From positions 13,713 through 77,712 of the forward strand of contig JAFTYF010000025.1 in NCBI GenBank assembly GCA_017461395.1: 64,000 nucleotides of DNA. The letters run 5' to 3'. A program made the translations under genes and the position numbers. The stretch is from Ruminococcus sp. GTDB lineage: Bacteria; Bacillota; Clostridia; Oscillospirales; Ruminococcaceae. Positions 63,777 through 64,000 of this stretch are shown here, one piece after another. The number at the start of each line of letters is the position of its first letter. The stretch's first letter is position 1. The notes below the pieces were generated by a model. That model ran no database searches. It saw only the letters and a list, made by a program, of their open reading frames with translations, and was not told the origin of the DNA.

Positions 63777-64000
63777 ATGGCTAAGACGTTTCATCTTGAG
63801 ATCATCGCTACCGACCGTGTTTTCTATAAGGGAGAATGTGAGCACCTCGTTATCACCGCTATCGACGGACTTCTCGGAATTATGGCTGGTCATGAACCGC
63901 TTGTAACAGCGCTTCCTGACGGCGAACTGAAATACATGGTTGACGGAAAATGGCACTATGCCGCCATTTCGGAGGGATTTATACAGGTTATGCCGGACAA
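63777..64000 (+). CDS. atpC: F1 epsilon subunit (partial, runs off the window)
   Basis: MAKTFHLEIIATDRVFY..GLLGIMAGHEPLVTAL. Confidence 0.9.
   Translation, partial: MAKTFHLEIIATDRVFYKGECEHLVITAIDGLLGIMAGHEPLVTALPDGELKYMVDGKWHYAAISEGFIQVMPD

Overview
This is the replication-origin region of a spore-forming Firmicute (Bacillota) chromosome. Gene content and codon style suggest a Ruminococcus/Oscillospiraceae-like organism (inference). The conserved core runs serS-parB-parA-noc-rsmG-mnmG-mnmE-jag-yidC-yidD-rnpA-rpmH (minus strand) | dnaA-oriC-dnaN-yaaA-recF-remB-gyrB-(YcxB-like)-gyrA (plus strand), with four parS sites. Flanking it are a flavodiiron/FTR-like/thioredoxin operon, gpr/rpsT, a solitary carB, msmX, nrdR, degV, GH95 and GH26 genes, spo0A, a GDP-D-rhamnose-type polysaccharide cluster and the F1Fo ATP synthase operon. 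No rRNA, tRNA, CRISPR array or transposase gene was found. Main oddities: (1) two copies of a hairpin-rich MITE, each sitting between duplicated 21-bp terminator-like hairpins; (2) a second dense DnaA-box cluster about 19 kb from oriC; (3) an oriC unwinding element with CAA instead of CTA trios, degenerate boxes and a DnaA with altered recognition residues; (4) an ATP synthase with a delta-alpha fusion and two protein-identical c subunits; (5) gmd broken by an in-frame TAG at an expected Trp; (6) a 66-aa stand-alone Spo0A C-terminal-domain paralogue; (7) a modular REP/heptamer/palindrome repeat system filling many intergenic gaps.
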